Shown: positions 46,694-56,791 of the stretch, in pieces | Layout: every line of letters begins with the position of its first letter | How positions within the stretch are numbered: the first letter of the stretch is position 1 | Assembly: GCA_963758295.1 (NCBI GenBank) | Contig: CAVWUU010000004.1 | Coordinates: 224,001-288,000, forward strand | Source: Candidatus Eremiobacteria bacterium | Lineage (GTDB): Bacteria; Vulcanimicrobiota; Vulcanimicrobiia; Vulcanimicrobiales; Vulcanimicrobiaceae | DNA length: 64,000 nucleotides | Reading direction: 5' to 3' | The notes under the pieces: generated by a model | The model's database searches: none | Told to the model about the DNA's origin: nothing | What the model saw: only the letters and a program-made list of their open reading frames with translations | Program-made: the position numbers and the translations under genes

Positions 46694-47575
46694 ATGATGC
46701 GGAAATCTAGCCCGGCGCTCTTCTTGACGCTGGCACTCGCAACGATGGGTGCAACGCCGGTAGCGCAAACGACGATTCACCCCGGAGACCAGCTAAACGT
46801 GCAAGTCTACGGGGATAAAGACCTTACGCAAACGGTGACGGTTCTGCCGGACGGCACGATCGTTTACCCGCTCATCGGCCGCGTACAAGTCGGCGGACAG
46901 AGCGTCAATCAAGCAACAAATACGGTGCGCGACAAACTGCAGAAATATGTCCGGAGTCCTTTCGTGACTATCTCTATCGCGCAGCTGGGCCAGCCGTCGG
47001 TACTGGTACTCGGCGACGTTAAAACGCCCGGCAAATACCAGCTCCGTTCCGACGCACGAGTCACGGACGCTATTGCGGCAGCGGGTGGTATTGCCGATGT
47101 GAACGGGGCTTTGCCGGATGCACGCATCTCGGATCCGCAAGGCGACGTCCAATCGGTGTCCTTGCAAAAATTACTTCATGACGGCGACGTTTCGCTCGAC
47201 CGTGCAATCGGTGAAGGCTCGGTGGTGTACGTGCCTGGGCCGACCCTCTTCAACATCACGGTGACCGGAGCCGTAGATCATCCGGGTGACGTGCAGATCG
47301 CAGAAGGCGATCACCTTTCGGAAGCGATCGCGAAAGCCGGCAATAGTGCCAACGCGAACGCCGATCTGAACAACATGCGCGTGATCCGAACGAATCCCGA
47401 CGGCAGCAGAACGCAGCAGACGATCGATCTGTATAAAGCGTTGGAACGCGGCGACAGCTCCGCCGACATTTCAATGCAAAAAGGCGACGTCATCTACGTT
47501 CCTCAGGTGAAAAAACACAGCGACGCGTTGCAATCGCCGTTGCTTTATCTACTCGGCCGACTCATCATCCCGTAG
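46694..47575 (+). CDS. Polysaccharide export protein (Wza-like, SLBB domains)
   Basis: IHPGDQLNVQV, VLPDGTIVYPLIG, VLGDVKTPG, GDVIYVP; SD AGGAG. Confidence 0.88.
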   Translation: MMRKSSPALFLTLALATMGATPVAQTTIHPGDQLNVQVYGDKDLTQTVTVLPDGTIVYPLIGRVQVGGQSVNQATNTVRDKLQKYVRSPFVTISIAQLGQPSVLVLGDVKTPGKYQLRSDARVTDAIAAAGGIADVNGALPDARISDPQGDVQSVSLQKLLHDGDVSLDRAIGEGSVVYVPGPTLFNITVTGAVDHPGDVQIAEGDHLSEAIAKAGNSANANADLNNMRVIRTNPDGSRTQQTIDLYKALERGDSSADISMQKGDVIYVPQVKKHSDALQSPLLYLLGRLIIP

Positions 47576-47585
47576 GAGAATATAC

Positions 47586-49760
47586 GTGCAGGCGATTCCA
47601 GGCGCACAACCGTACGCTCTTCCCGGCGGTGTCGAACCGTCGCCATCGGCGTCGGACCGTCAACGCGAGCTCGCGTCGTTATGGCGAACCATCGTTCGCC
47701 GCCGTGCGACCGTCCTTCGAATCTTCGTCGGATTCGTCGTGTTGATGCTGATCGGCACCCTCGTGTGGCCGAAGCAGTACACGACGGAAATCAAACTCAT
47801 TGCCGGTAACTCTAGTGGAGCGCCCGGCACGGACCAAGGCGCAGACAGCCAGCTGCCGGTGCTCAACGCACTGATCCTTGCCGGCGGCATGCAGAGTTCC
47901 GAAACCTATGCGGAGCTGTTCAAAGAGACGCCGGTCGTGCAGCGAGTGATCTCGCAGCTTCACCTCAACGTGAGCCCGCGCAACCTGCTCGAGCACGTCG
48001 TGGTAAAACCGGTAACGAACACGTCGATCCTTTCGGTGGCCGTAACGTGGCCGGATCGCGCGACTTCGGCGGCAATCGCTAATGCCTTCGGGCAGGCAAT
48101 CGTCGACCGGCAGCGCGACCTCGTGTCGTCGCAAGCGCGCGCGGCGCTCGATTCGTTGAAGACGCAGCTTCCCCAGGCGCAATCGCGCATGAACGACGCG
48201 AACGATAAGCTCGCGTCATTCGAAGCCGACCACCGCATTGCCAACATCGATCAGCAAACGCAGAACACGATCTCCAACATGGCGGCGCTCGATGCGAAGA
48301 TCGGTCAAGTTCAGGCGGATCGCCAGCAGGCGCAGGCACAACTGAGTTCTACGACGTCGCAGATGTCGGGCATGTCGCCTACCATCGTCGGCAGCTCGAC
48401 GACGGCACAAAATCCCGTCGTGGCGCAGTTGCAACAGCAGCTCACGCAGGTTGACGTTCAATTACGTCAAGCCGAGCAAGAGTACACGGATCAGCACCCG
48501 CAAGTCATCGCGCTCAAGGCGCAAGAGCAGCAGTTGAAGGACGCGATCGCGCACCAGCAGCAGACGGTCATTTCGGGCCAGAGCAGCGTGCCGAATCCGG
48601 TCTATCAGCAGCTCGCGCAACAAGCGACGACGTACCGTTCTCAAGTAGCGGCCGATACGGCGCAAGTCGCCGAACTGCAACGTCAAAGCAAGGCGATGGC
48701 ACCGGTTCTCGCAGCGTTGCCGTCGCAGACTGCGCAGCTCGCCGATCTGCAGCGTAATGCCAAAGCCGCGCAAGACGTCTACACCGCACTTCAACAGAAG
48801 TTCGTAAACGCGCAAGTCGCGGAAGAAACCGCACTCTCCGACGTGACGATCACGCAGCCGGCGTTGCCGAGCCAGGCGATCATCCGTCCGAGCCTGCTCC
48901 TCAACTTCGTCATCTCGCTCGTGCTCGGCGCGGTGCTCGGCATCACGGGCGCGCTGATCCTGGATTACCTCGACAACAGCATCAAGGACGAACGCGAAGT
49001 CGAAGAAGAACTTGCGCTGCCGCAACTCGGTGCGATTCCGCTCGTGCAATTGCGTAACGGCGAGCCGATCGTGCCTTGGGTGAAAGCGCTAGCGCTCGAA
49101 TCGTTCCTGCAACTCGTCACGAACATGAAGTACGCGACCGACGTGCAACTACGATCGCTCGCCGTCATCAGCCCGCAACAAGGCGACGGCAAATCGACGA
49201 TCGCCCTCAACATCGCGCTCGCGTTGAACGAGATCGAAGGCCCGGTGCTGCTCGTTGACGGCGATCTGCGGCGTCCATCGCTGCATGCGAAACTGCGCAT
49301 GCCGAACGAACGCGGTCTCTCCGATGTTCTGGTCGGCGCGACCGGTCTGGATGAAGCCGTGCAAGTCGACGAACGCAGCGGATTAGCCGTGCTAACCAGC
49401 GGAACGGCGACGCCGAATCCGATCAAGCTGCTCGAATCGGCCCGGTTTGATACGCTCATGGACGAACTCTACAAACGCTATCAGACGGTCGTCTTTGACG
49501 GCGCGGCGTTGGTCGGCAACGTGGACTCCGCCGTGCTGGCGCGCCGCGTAAGCGGAACGGTGCTTGTCGTGTCGCATGGTTCGACGGATCTCCGCGAGGC
49601 CAGCGGCGCCATGAAACGCCTGCAACGCATGGGAGTGCGCAACGTTCTGGGCTTCGTGCTCAATCGCACGGAACCGCGCCGCGCGGACTACACGCCGTAC
49701 GGCAACGACGTTCCGCGACTTTACTCGGACGATGCGCCCATCGTCGCTGCGACGCAATAG
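47586..49760 (+). CDS. Polysaccharide co-polymerase/tyrosine autokinase (Wzc-like)
   Basis: Two TMs, long coiled coil (YTDQHPQVIAL), Walker A QGDGKST, LLVDGDLRRP. Confidence 0.92.
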   Translation: MQAIPGAQPYALPGGVEPSPSASDRQRELASLWRTIVRRRATVLRIFVGFVVLMLIGTLVWPKQYTTEIKLIAGNSSGAPGTDQGADSQLPVLNALILAGGMQSSETYAELFKETPVVQRVISQLHLNVSPRNLLEHVVVKPVTNTSILSVAVTWPDRATSAAIANAFGQAIVDRQRDLVSSQARAALDSLKTQLPQAQSRMNDANDKLASFEADHRIANIDQQTQNTISNMAALDAKIGQVQADRQQAQAQLSSTTSQMSGMSPTIVGSSTTAQNPVVAQLQQQLTQVDVQLRQAEQEYTDQHPQVIALKAQEQQLKDAIAHQQQTVISGQSSVPNPVYQQLAQQATTYRSQVAADTAQVAELQRQSKAMAPVLAALPSQTAQLADLQRNAKAAQDVYTALQQKFVNAQVAEETALSDVTITQPALPSQAIIRPSLLLNFVISLVLGAVLGITGALILDYLDNSIKDEREVEEELALPQLGAIPLVQLRNGEPIVPWVKALALESFLQLVTNMKYATDVQLRSLAVISPQQGDGKSTIALNIALALNEIEGPVLLVDGDLRRPSLHAKLRMPNERGLSDVLVGATGLDEAVQVDERSGLAVLTSGTATPNPIKLLESARFDTLMDELYKRYQTVVFDGAALVGNVDSAVLARRVSGTVLVVSHGSTDLREASGAMKRLQRMGVRNVLGFVLNRTEPRRADYTPYGNDVPRLYSDDAPIVAATQ

Positions 49761-49783
49761 CGTTGTATAACTCGGGCGCAGCA

Positions 49784-50182
49784 ATGTTCGATGCAACGGG
49801 ACGGACGGTGGTCCATCTTATCGAGCCACAACACCTTTTCGTCCCTGCGCTCGTCGACGTATTCACGGAGGCGGGGCTCTTCGTGGACTTCGTCTCCGCG
49901 CAAGTCGATCCGCGAAAATTGCTCGACGATCAGCCGGATCTCGTCTTCCTGGATACCGACTTCATCGACGAGCCTTTGGAAAGCGTCCGGCTTGCGCACG
50001 TCCTCGCGCCCAAAGCGCAGATCTACGTTTATTCGAGCGCGACGAGCGACGCCATTGCGCGGGCGTTCACGGCAGCGGGTGCCGACGTCGTGCTCGAAAA
50101 GTCCGCCGACCGCCGGCAGATCGTGCAAACGCTTCACGACGTGGAACGCAAGCGCCGTCAGCGGCACCTTCACGACACCTAG
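49784..50182 (+). CDS. Stand-alone degenerate receiver (REC)-like protein
   Basis: PDLVFLD...AGADVVLEKS; first acidic pair degenerate (LIEPQ). Confidence 0.6.
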   Translation: MFDATGRTVVHLIEPQHLFVPALVDVFTEAGLFVDFVSAQVDPRKLLDDQPDLVFLDTDFIDEPLESVRLAHVLAPKAQIYVYSSATSDAIARAFTAAGADVVLEKSADRRQIVQTLHDVERKRRQRHLHDT

Positions 50183-50239
50183 CGCCAACGCCGCAGTCCC
50201 AGGCATCGCTAGCGGGGGTGCTGAAATTGAAGCGCTCCC

Positions 50240-52870
50240 ATGACCGTCAGACCCGAAATCGCCGAACTTCCTAAGACCTACGATCCCAAAGCCGTCGAAC
50301 CGCGACTCTATGAGTGGTGGGAAAATAGCGGCTTCTTTCACGAGGATCCGGACCCGGCGCGGCCGCCGTTCATTATTCCGATGCCGCCGCCCAACGTCAC
50401 GGGCCGCGCGCATCTCGGGCACGGGTCGACGTACACACCGATGGACGTGCTCACCCGCTACCGGCGAATGCTCGGTGACAACGCCGACTGGCTTCCGGGA
50501 CTCGACCACGCAGCCATTGCGACCGAAGCCGTGCTCGTCCGCGAGTTATCGAAGGAAGGCGTCGCCCGGGACGAGCTCGGCCGCGAAGGCTTCGTCGAGC
50601 GGGCCTGGGACTGGTCGCGCACGTATGGCGGCACGATCGACGACCAGTTTCGCCGGCTCGGGTTTGGGCCCGATTGGCAGCGGTCGCGCTTCACTATGGA
50701 CGAAGGCTTGTCTGCGGCGGTTCGCAAGGTCTTCGTAAGCCTCTATCGCGAGGGACTCGTCTATCGCGGCAAGCGCTTGATCAATTGGGATCCTAAGGGA
50801 AAGACGACCGTTTCGGACGCCGAGGTCGATCACGTCGAACGTGATTCGTTTCTCTGGCACGTGAAGTATCCGGCGGCGGACAGCTCGTTTTTCATCGAGA
50901 TCGCTACGACGCGGCCTGAAACGATGTTGGGTGACGTCGCCATTGCCGTCCATCCCGAAGACGAACGCTATGCCGGGCTCATCGGGAAGACGGTGTTGTT
51001 GCCGCCGTTACTGCAACGGCAAATTCCGATCGTCGCCGATTCGGCCGTCGAGCGCGACTTCGGCACGGGCGCGGTGAAAGTGACGCCCGCGCACGACGCA
51101 ACCGACTATGAGATCGGTCTGCGACACGAACTGCCGATGCCGTCGATCATCGATTTCGACGCGCGCATCACCGGCGCGGACTTACCGGTCGGGAAATACG
51201 AAGGGATGGAGCGCTACGAAGCGCGCAAAGCGATCGTCGAAGATCTGCGTGCCGGCGGCTTTCTCGTAAAGGAAGATGCCTATCGCCATGCCGTTGCCGT
51301 AAGCGAACGGACCGGCGACGTCATCGAACCGCTGCTTTCGCTTCAGTGGTTCGTGAAAATGCGTCCGCTGGCTGAGCCCGCGCTCAAGGCGTACCACGAC
51401 GGGAGGCTGCAATTCGTTCCCGAGCGTTACGGACGCACGTACGAGCAGTGGCTGGAAAACATCCGCGACTGGAACGTTTCCCGCCAGCTCTGGTGGGGTC
51501 ATCAATTGCCCGTTTGGTACACCGCGGCGGGCGACGTCGTGGTTGCGGAAACCGAAGAAGAAGCCTTCGCCATGGCGGAGCAGCGTTTCGGCACGCGCGA
51601 ATTAACGCGCGATCCCGACACGCTGGACACGTGGTTTTCCAGCGCACTCTGGCCTTTCTCGATTCTCGGTTGGCCCGAAAAGACACCCGAACTCGAATGC
51701 TGGTATCCGGCGCAAGTGCTCATGACGGGCTGGGAAATCATCTTCCTTTGGGTCGCGCGCATGGTGATGCTTGGCCTGCATTTCATGGGTGAAGTCCCGT
51801 TCCCCAAAGTCTTCGTTGCGCCGCTCGTATTCGACGCGCAAGGCCGCAAGATGTCGAAGTCGCTCGGCAATGCGATCGATCCGCTCGATCTCGTGGAGCG
51901 TTACGGCGCCGACGCGTTCCGGATGGGCATGCTCCGGCAGATGCGGCTCGAGGGGCAGGAAATTCGTTTCCACGAGTCGCGCTGCGAAGAAGCGCGCAAC
52001 TTCAATAACAAGATTTGGAACGCCACGCGCTTTATTCTCGGCAACATTCCCGAGGGGCTTCCGCCCGCGCGCGTGCTTCCGAAAACGGAAGAGCTGACCG
52101 ACGCCGACCGTTGGATTCTCACGCGCTTGTACGACACTATCGAATCGATGACGGGATTGCTGGATTCGTTCGACTTCGGCAACGCGGCCGACACCATTTG
52201 GAAATTCGTCTGGCTGGAGTTCTGCGACTGGTATCTCGAAGCGACGAAAGTGCCCGAGAACCACGGTACTCGCGCCGCGGTGCTCTCGTTCGTGCTGAAC
52301 AACGCGATGCGGCTCTTGCATCCGATTGCGCCGTTTATAAGCGAAGAAGTTTGGCTTGTCGCTCCCGCATGACGGTGCGACAATCATGACGTCTGCATGG
52401 CCCGACAAATTCGAAGTGCCCGTCGACCGGGAAGCTGCTGCCGTGCTTCGAGGCGCACATGGCCGCGGCCGAGTCGATTCGGCGGCAACGCCAGGAGTTG
52501 AACTTGCCGCCGTCCGAGCGTCCGAAGACGCGCGTGCCGGCGGATACGCCCGAACGCATGCTGAACGCGCTTCGCGCATATACCGCTCCGGCGGCCGGCG
52601 CAAGTATCGTCGTCGATCCGTCGATCGCGGGCGGCATCAACGGCATCATCGTCGACGCGCCTCGCGAGATGCTCTTGGAACGCTATCGTAAAGACGCTAA
52701 GCGTCTTGCGCAGCGAAGTGGAACGTGGCGAAAAGAAGCTCGGCAACGAGCAGTTCATTGCCAAGGCCGCGCCCGACGTCATTGCGAAAGAGCGCGAAAA
52801 GCTCGACGGGTACCGCAATGAACTCGTGCGCGTACAAGAAGCCTTATCAGCTATGGGAGAGTCCGCATGA
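50240..52870 (+). CDS. valS: Valine--tRNA ligase, three +1 frameshifts near the 3' end (~52358, ~52445, ~52708; likely errors)
   Basis: PPPNVTG, HLGH, TTRPETMLGD, KMSKS, HPIAPFISEE; C-terminal LGNEQFIAKAAPDVIAKEREK read in the original frame after the shifts. Confidence 0.95.
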
Positions 52871-53409
52871 CCACCGCCGAACAGCAGCGCGTTCTCATCG
52901 GCAGCGACGAGATCGGCCGCACGATCGCTCGTCTTGCACATCAGATCCTTGAGCCGGAAGATGCGCAGGGCGGCATTGTCCTCATCGGCATCCGCCGCGG
53001 CGGCGAAGCACTCGCGCGGCGTCTGGCCGCACAGATCGAGTCGATCAGCGGTAAAGCTCCCGCGCTTGGTTTTCTAAATATCAATCTCTATCGCGACGAT
53101 CGCGTCACGCATGAGATGCCGGAGTCGCAGATTCCCGTCGACATCAACGGCCGTCTCGTGGTCGTCGTCGACGACGTCCTTTTCACGGGTCGCACGATTC
53201 GTGCCGCGCTCGACGCGGTAACCGATTTGGGGCGTCCCGCTGCCATTCGTCTTTGCGTCTTCATCGATCGCGGCTTACGCGAACTTCCGGTGCAAGCCGA
53301 TTATGTCGGCCGTTTCCTCCCGACGAGCCGGCGCGAGCGCATTGAGGTATCGCTCTCGGCTGAAGCGACGGCAAGCGACGAGGTTGCAATCCTTGCGAAC
53401 GCGACGTAG
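52867..53409 (+). CDS. pyrR: PyrR family protein/uracil phosphoribosyltransferase
   Basis: YRDD, VVDDVLFTGRTIRAALDA, DRGLRELPVQADYVG. Confidence 0.93.
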   Translation: MTTAEQQRVLIGSDEIGRTIARLAHQILEPEDAQGGIVLIGIRRGGEALARRLAAQIESISGKAPALGFLNINLYRDDRVTHEMPESQIPVDINGRLVVVVDDVLFTGRTIRAALDAVTDLGRPAAIRLCVFIDRGLRELPVQADYVGRFLPTSRRERIEVSLSAEATASDEVAILANAT

Positions 53410-54301
53410 CCTCGTCGATCTCGACGACCTCACCGGTGAAGAACTCCGGTATATCTTTGAGCGGACCCGTGAATTCGAGGGGAACCCGCCGGGCCGTCTC
53501 CTCGATAACATTGCGGTGGTCAATCTGTTTTTCGAAACAAGCACGCGCACGTTCACGTCTTTCAACCTCGCCGAAATGCGTCTCGGCGCGCACGTCGTTA
53601 ATCTCTCGCCCGAAGAACTCAGCCTCGCCAAAGGCGAAACGATTGAAGATACCGCACTGACGCTCGGTGCGATGGGCGTATCGGCAATCGTCGTGCGGCA
53701 TTCGGAAGCGGGGTTTCCCGACCGGCTTTCCACGGCGTTCGACGGCCACATTATCAACGCCGGAGACGGCGCGCGCGCCCATCCGACGCAAGCGCTGCTC
53801 GATATTTACACCCTTCGTGAAGAATTCGGTTCGGTGCAGGGACGTCGCGTCGCCATTGTCGGCGACATCTTGCATTCTCGCGTCGCGCACTCGACGATTG
53901 CCGGCCTAAAACATATCGGCGCCGAGGTTGTGCTCGTCGGCCCCGATTTCTTCCTACCGTCGGATTACGCGCGTAACGGCGTTCAAATCGTCCGCGATCT
54001 GGACGACGTAATCGGCAACGTCGACGCGATCGTCCTGCTGCGTATCCAACGCGAACGCTTTGCCGCGATGCCGATGACCGACGAGGAGTACGTGCGCCGT
54101 TATCAGCTAAACGCGGCGCGATTGGACAACGTGCCCGAGCAGACGATCGTCATGCATCCCGGTCCATTCAATCGCGGAATGGAACTCGACGACACCGTGC
54201 TGCAGTTCGCGGGATGGCGCTACGCCATGCAAGTGCGCCACGGTGTGTACATACGCATGGCCGTCCTCGACTTTCTGGTCAACGGCCGCGCAATATGCTG
54301 A
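53393..54301 (+). CDS. pyrB: Aspartate carbamoyltransferase catalytic subunit
   Basis: FFETSTRT, INAGDG...HPTQALLD, MHPGP; start uncertain. Confidence 0.95.
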   Translation: MRTRRSLVDLDDLTGEELRYIFERTREFEGNPPGRLLDNIAVVNLFFETSTRTFTSFNLAEMRLGAHVVNLSPEELSLAKGETIEDTALTLGAMGVSAIVVRHSEAGFPDRLSTAFDGHIINAGDGARAHPTQALLDIYTLREEFGSVQGRRVAIVGDILHSRVAHSTIAGLKHIGAEVVLVGPDFFLPSDYARNGVQIVRDLDDVIGNVDAIVLLRIQRERFAAMPMTDEEYVRRYQLNAARLDNVPEQTIVMHPGPFNRGMELDDTVLQFAGWRYAMQVRHGVYIRMAVLDFLVNGRAIC

Positions 54302-55566
54302 TCCGCGGCGGGCGCCTCGTCGACCCGTCGGGACCTATCGATGCCATGCGCGACCTGCGCTTGGATCGCGGCGTCGTCGTGGAAATCGGCGAGCATCTGC
54401 AGCCGCGCGAGAATGAAGAGGTGCTCGAAGCCGCGGGGTGTATCGTTGCGCCGGGCTTCATCGACATGCACGTGCATCTGCGCGAGCCGGGATTTCCGGA
54501 AAAAGAAACGATTGCGAGCGGCACCGAAGCGGCCGTGCGCGGAGGTTTTACCGGGGTTGCGTGCATGCCGAATACGAATCCGGCCCTTGACGATCCGGCG
54601 GTTCTGGAACAACTCTTTGGATTGATTGCGGAACACGGCCGGAGCCGGGTCTACCCGATCGGCGCTATCACGCGCGCCCGCAAGGGCGAGGAGCCCTGCG
54701 ATTTCAAAGCGCTCGCCCGTTCGGGCGCCGTCGGTTTCTCCGACGACGGCAACACGGTGATGAATGCGCGCGTGTTGCGAGAGGCAGCGCTTGAGGCGCT
54801 GGACGTCCCCGGGGTCTTTATTTCGCACGCTGAGGACGAACATCTCAAAGGCAATGCGGTCATGCACGCCGGATCGGTCGCGCGCGAACTCGGCGTACCC
54901 GGCAGCCCCGCGGTCGCTGAAGACATCATCGTTGCACGCGATTTGCTCATCGGCATGGAAACGGGCAAAGCTTGGCACATCGCTCACCTTTCCACGCACG
55001 GCGCGCTAGAGCAAGTGCTGCATGCACGCGCGCACGGTGGAACGGCGACATGTGAGGTGACGCCGCATCATTTGCTCCTGACCGACGAAACGGTCCGCGA
55101 ACGCGGCGCCGAAGGCAAAGTTAATCCGCCGCTTCGAACCGAGGATGATGCGCGCGTTCTGCGCGACGCCGTTCGCGACGGCACGGTCGACGTTTTCGCC
55201 ACCGATCATGCGCCGCACACCGAGGCGGAGAAAGCGGGCGATCTGCGGGTTGCCGCGGTCGGCTTTACCGGACTCGAAGTCGCCGTAGGTGCTTACGCGC
55301 TCGCGATTCCCGATTTGCCGCTGCTGCAATTCGTGGCGTTGCTTTCGACGAATCCGGCGAAGGTTTTGGGTGTCCCGGGTGGGTCGCTTGCAGTAGGTTC
55401 GCCGGCCGACGTTACGATTTTTGCGGACCGGGAGTGGACCGTCGACCCGTCGCGTTTTGCTTCGAAAGGGAAAGCGACGCCGTTTTCTGGACGAACGCTG
55501 CCGCGAAGAGCCGTCATGACCATCGTTAACGGCGAGTTGCGTTTCAAGGATTCGCTGGAGCGTTAG
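54295..55566 (+). CDS. pyrC: Dihydroorotase
   Basis: DMHVHLREPG, MPNTNP, CEVTPHHL, KVNPPLR, ATDHAPH. Confidence 0.95.
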   Translation: MLIRGGRLVDPSGPIDAMRDLRLDRGVVVEIGEHLQPRENEEVLEAAGCIVAPGFIDMHVHLREPGFPEKETIASGTEAAVRGGFTGVACMPNTNPALDDPAVLEQLFGLIAEHGRSRVYPIGAITRARKGEEPCDFKALARSGAVGFSDDGNTVMNARVLREAALEALDVPGVFISHAEDEHLKGNAVMHAGSVARELGVPGSPAVAEDIIVARDLLIGMETGKAWHIAHLSTHGALEQVLHARAHGGTATCEVTPHHLLLTDETVRERGAEGKVNPPLRTEDDARVLRDAVRDGTVDVFATDHAPHTEAEKAGDLRVAAVGFTGLEVAVGAYALAIPDLPLLQFVALLSTNPAKVLGVPGGSLAVGSPADVTIFADREWTVDPSRFASKGKATPFSGRTLPRRAVMTIVNGELRFKDSLER

Positions 55567-55623
55567 TTCCAGCCGTCGTGCGGGTATTTCGCTTTCGAAA
55601 CACTACTACGTACGAGGATCGAT

Positions 55624-56091
55624 ATGGATGCCATTCGGCTGTTGAAAACCGACCATAAGGAAGTCGAAAGCCTCTTCAAAGAGTTAGAGGGCCTTTCGGA
55701 CAACGCGAAGGCGAGTCGCAAAAAATTGTTCGATCAAATCGATCGAGCGCTCACCATTCATTCGGAAATCGAGGAAAAGATCTTCTATCCCGCGGTCAAG
55801 GCGCGCACGGGACGCGATAAAGAGGCGAAGCAAGAAGTTCTCGAGGCGTACGAAGAGCACGACAACGTGAAGAACATGTTGAAGAAGCTTGAAGAGACCG
55901 AGCCTTCGGATGAAACGTACAAAGCAAAATTGCAAGTCTTGCACGAGCTGGTAAAGCACCACGTGAAAGAAGAAGAACGCGAACTTTTCCCGGAAGCAAA
56001 AGGCCTTCTGGACGCCGATGAACTCGAAGAGCTCGGCGAGCAGATGGAAAACGCGAAAGCCTCACAGGGCGCCCGGAAGTCCAAACGCTAA
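55624..56091 (+). CDS. Hemerythrin (HHE) domain protein
   Basis: DH...HSEIEE...EEH...HHVKEEE. Confidence 0.9.
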   Translation: MDAIRLLKTDHKEVESLFKELEGLSDNAKASRKKLFDQIDRALTIHSEIEEKIFYPAVKARTGRDKEAKQEVLEAYEEHDNVKNMLKKLEETEPSDETYKAKLQVLHELVKHHVKEEERELFPEAKGLLDADELEELGEQMENAKASQGARKSKR

Positions 56092-56099
56092 AGACGGTC

Positions 56100-56732
56100 C
56101 TATCGATGCAAGAGCGGGGTCTGCACTAGCCCGTTAATTACGAACTGCACGGCGAGCGCGGCAAGAATTATGCCGAGGACGCGCGTGACGACGTGAATGC
56201 CCGTCGTCCCGATGCGATGCATGTATTTTGCCGCGCCGCGCATGCAGCCCCACGTGATAGCGAGCGCAACGACGTACGCCATGAATACGCTTACGTAGCG
56301 CATGACCTCGCCGTGGCACAGATTTACGAGCAACATCACCGTAGCGATCGTTCCGGGACCGGAGATCATGGGAATTGCCAGCGGGAAGACGGCCGGATTT
56401 TCGCCCGTCTGCGCTTCACGCTCCTCGTCCGTCGTTGCGCGCGCGCCGGTGGGCCGCGCGAAAAGCATGTCGATGGCAATCAAGAAGAGTAAGATGCCGC
56501 CTGCGATACCGAACGCCGGAAGCGTGATCCCCAGGTACCCGAGTACGGCTGGACCGACGATCCCCATCACCAGCATTACAATCGCGGCAACGAGTACGGC
56601 TTGGTCGACGACTCGCTTGCGCCGCACAGCCTCGCAATTCGCCGTCGTAGTCAGCGTTAGGGGAACCATGCCGATGGGATCGATAATAGTGAGTGCCGTC
56701 GCGAAGGCCGTCGCGGCAAAGTGCCAGTCCAT
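56100..56732 (-). CDS. MarC family membrane protein
   Basis: IIDPIG, AGGILLF, FPLAIPMISGPG, TRVLGIILAALAVQ. Confidence 0.92.
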   Translation of the reverse strand: MDWHFAATAFATALTIIDPIGMVPLTLTTTANCEAVRRKRVVDQAVLVAAIVMLVMGIVGPAVLGYLGITLPAFGIAGGILLFLIAIDMLFARPTGARATTDEEREAQTGENPAVFPLAIPMISGPGTIATVMLLVNLCHGEVMRYVSVFMAYVVALAITWGCMRGAAKYMHRIGTTGIHVVTRVLGIILAALAVQFVINGLVQTPLLHR

Positions 56733-56791
56733 TGTGCGACCGTTATTTCCAGGTGCTCGCCGGCCCTTCGGCTAACAGCGGAGCCTTCAGG

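Noticed and set aside
50183..50239. T-box leader for valS
   Set aside because: Only 57 nt of intergenic space and no T-box consensus
52340..52870. Programmed frameshifting or pseudogenisation of valS
   Set aside because: The gene is essential, three +1 shifts restore the original frame, and no slippery sequences are present; assembly error is the best explanation
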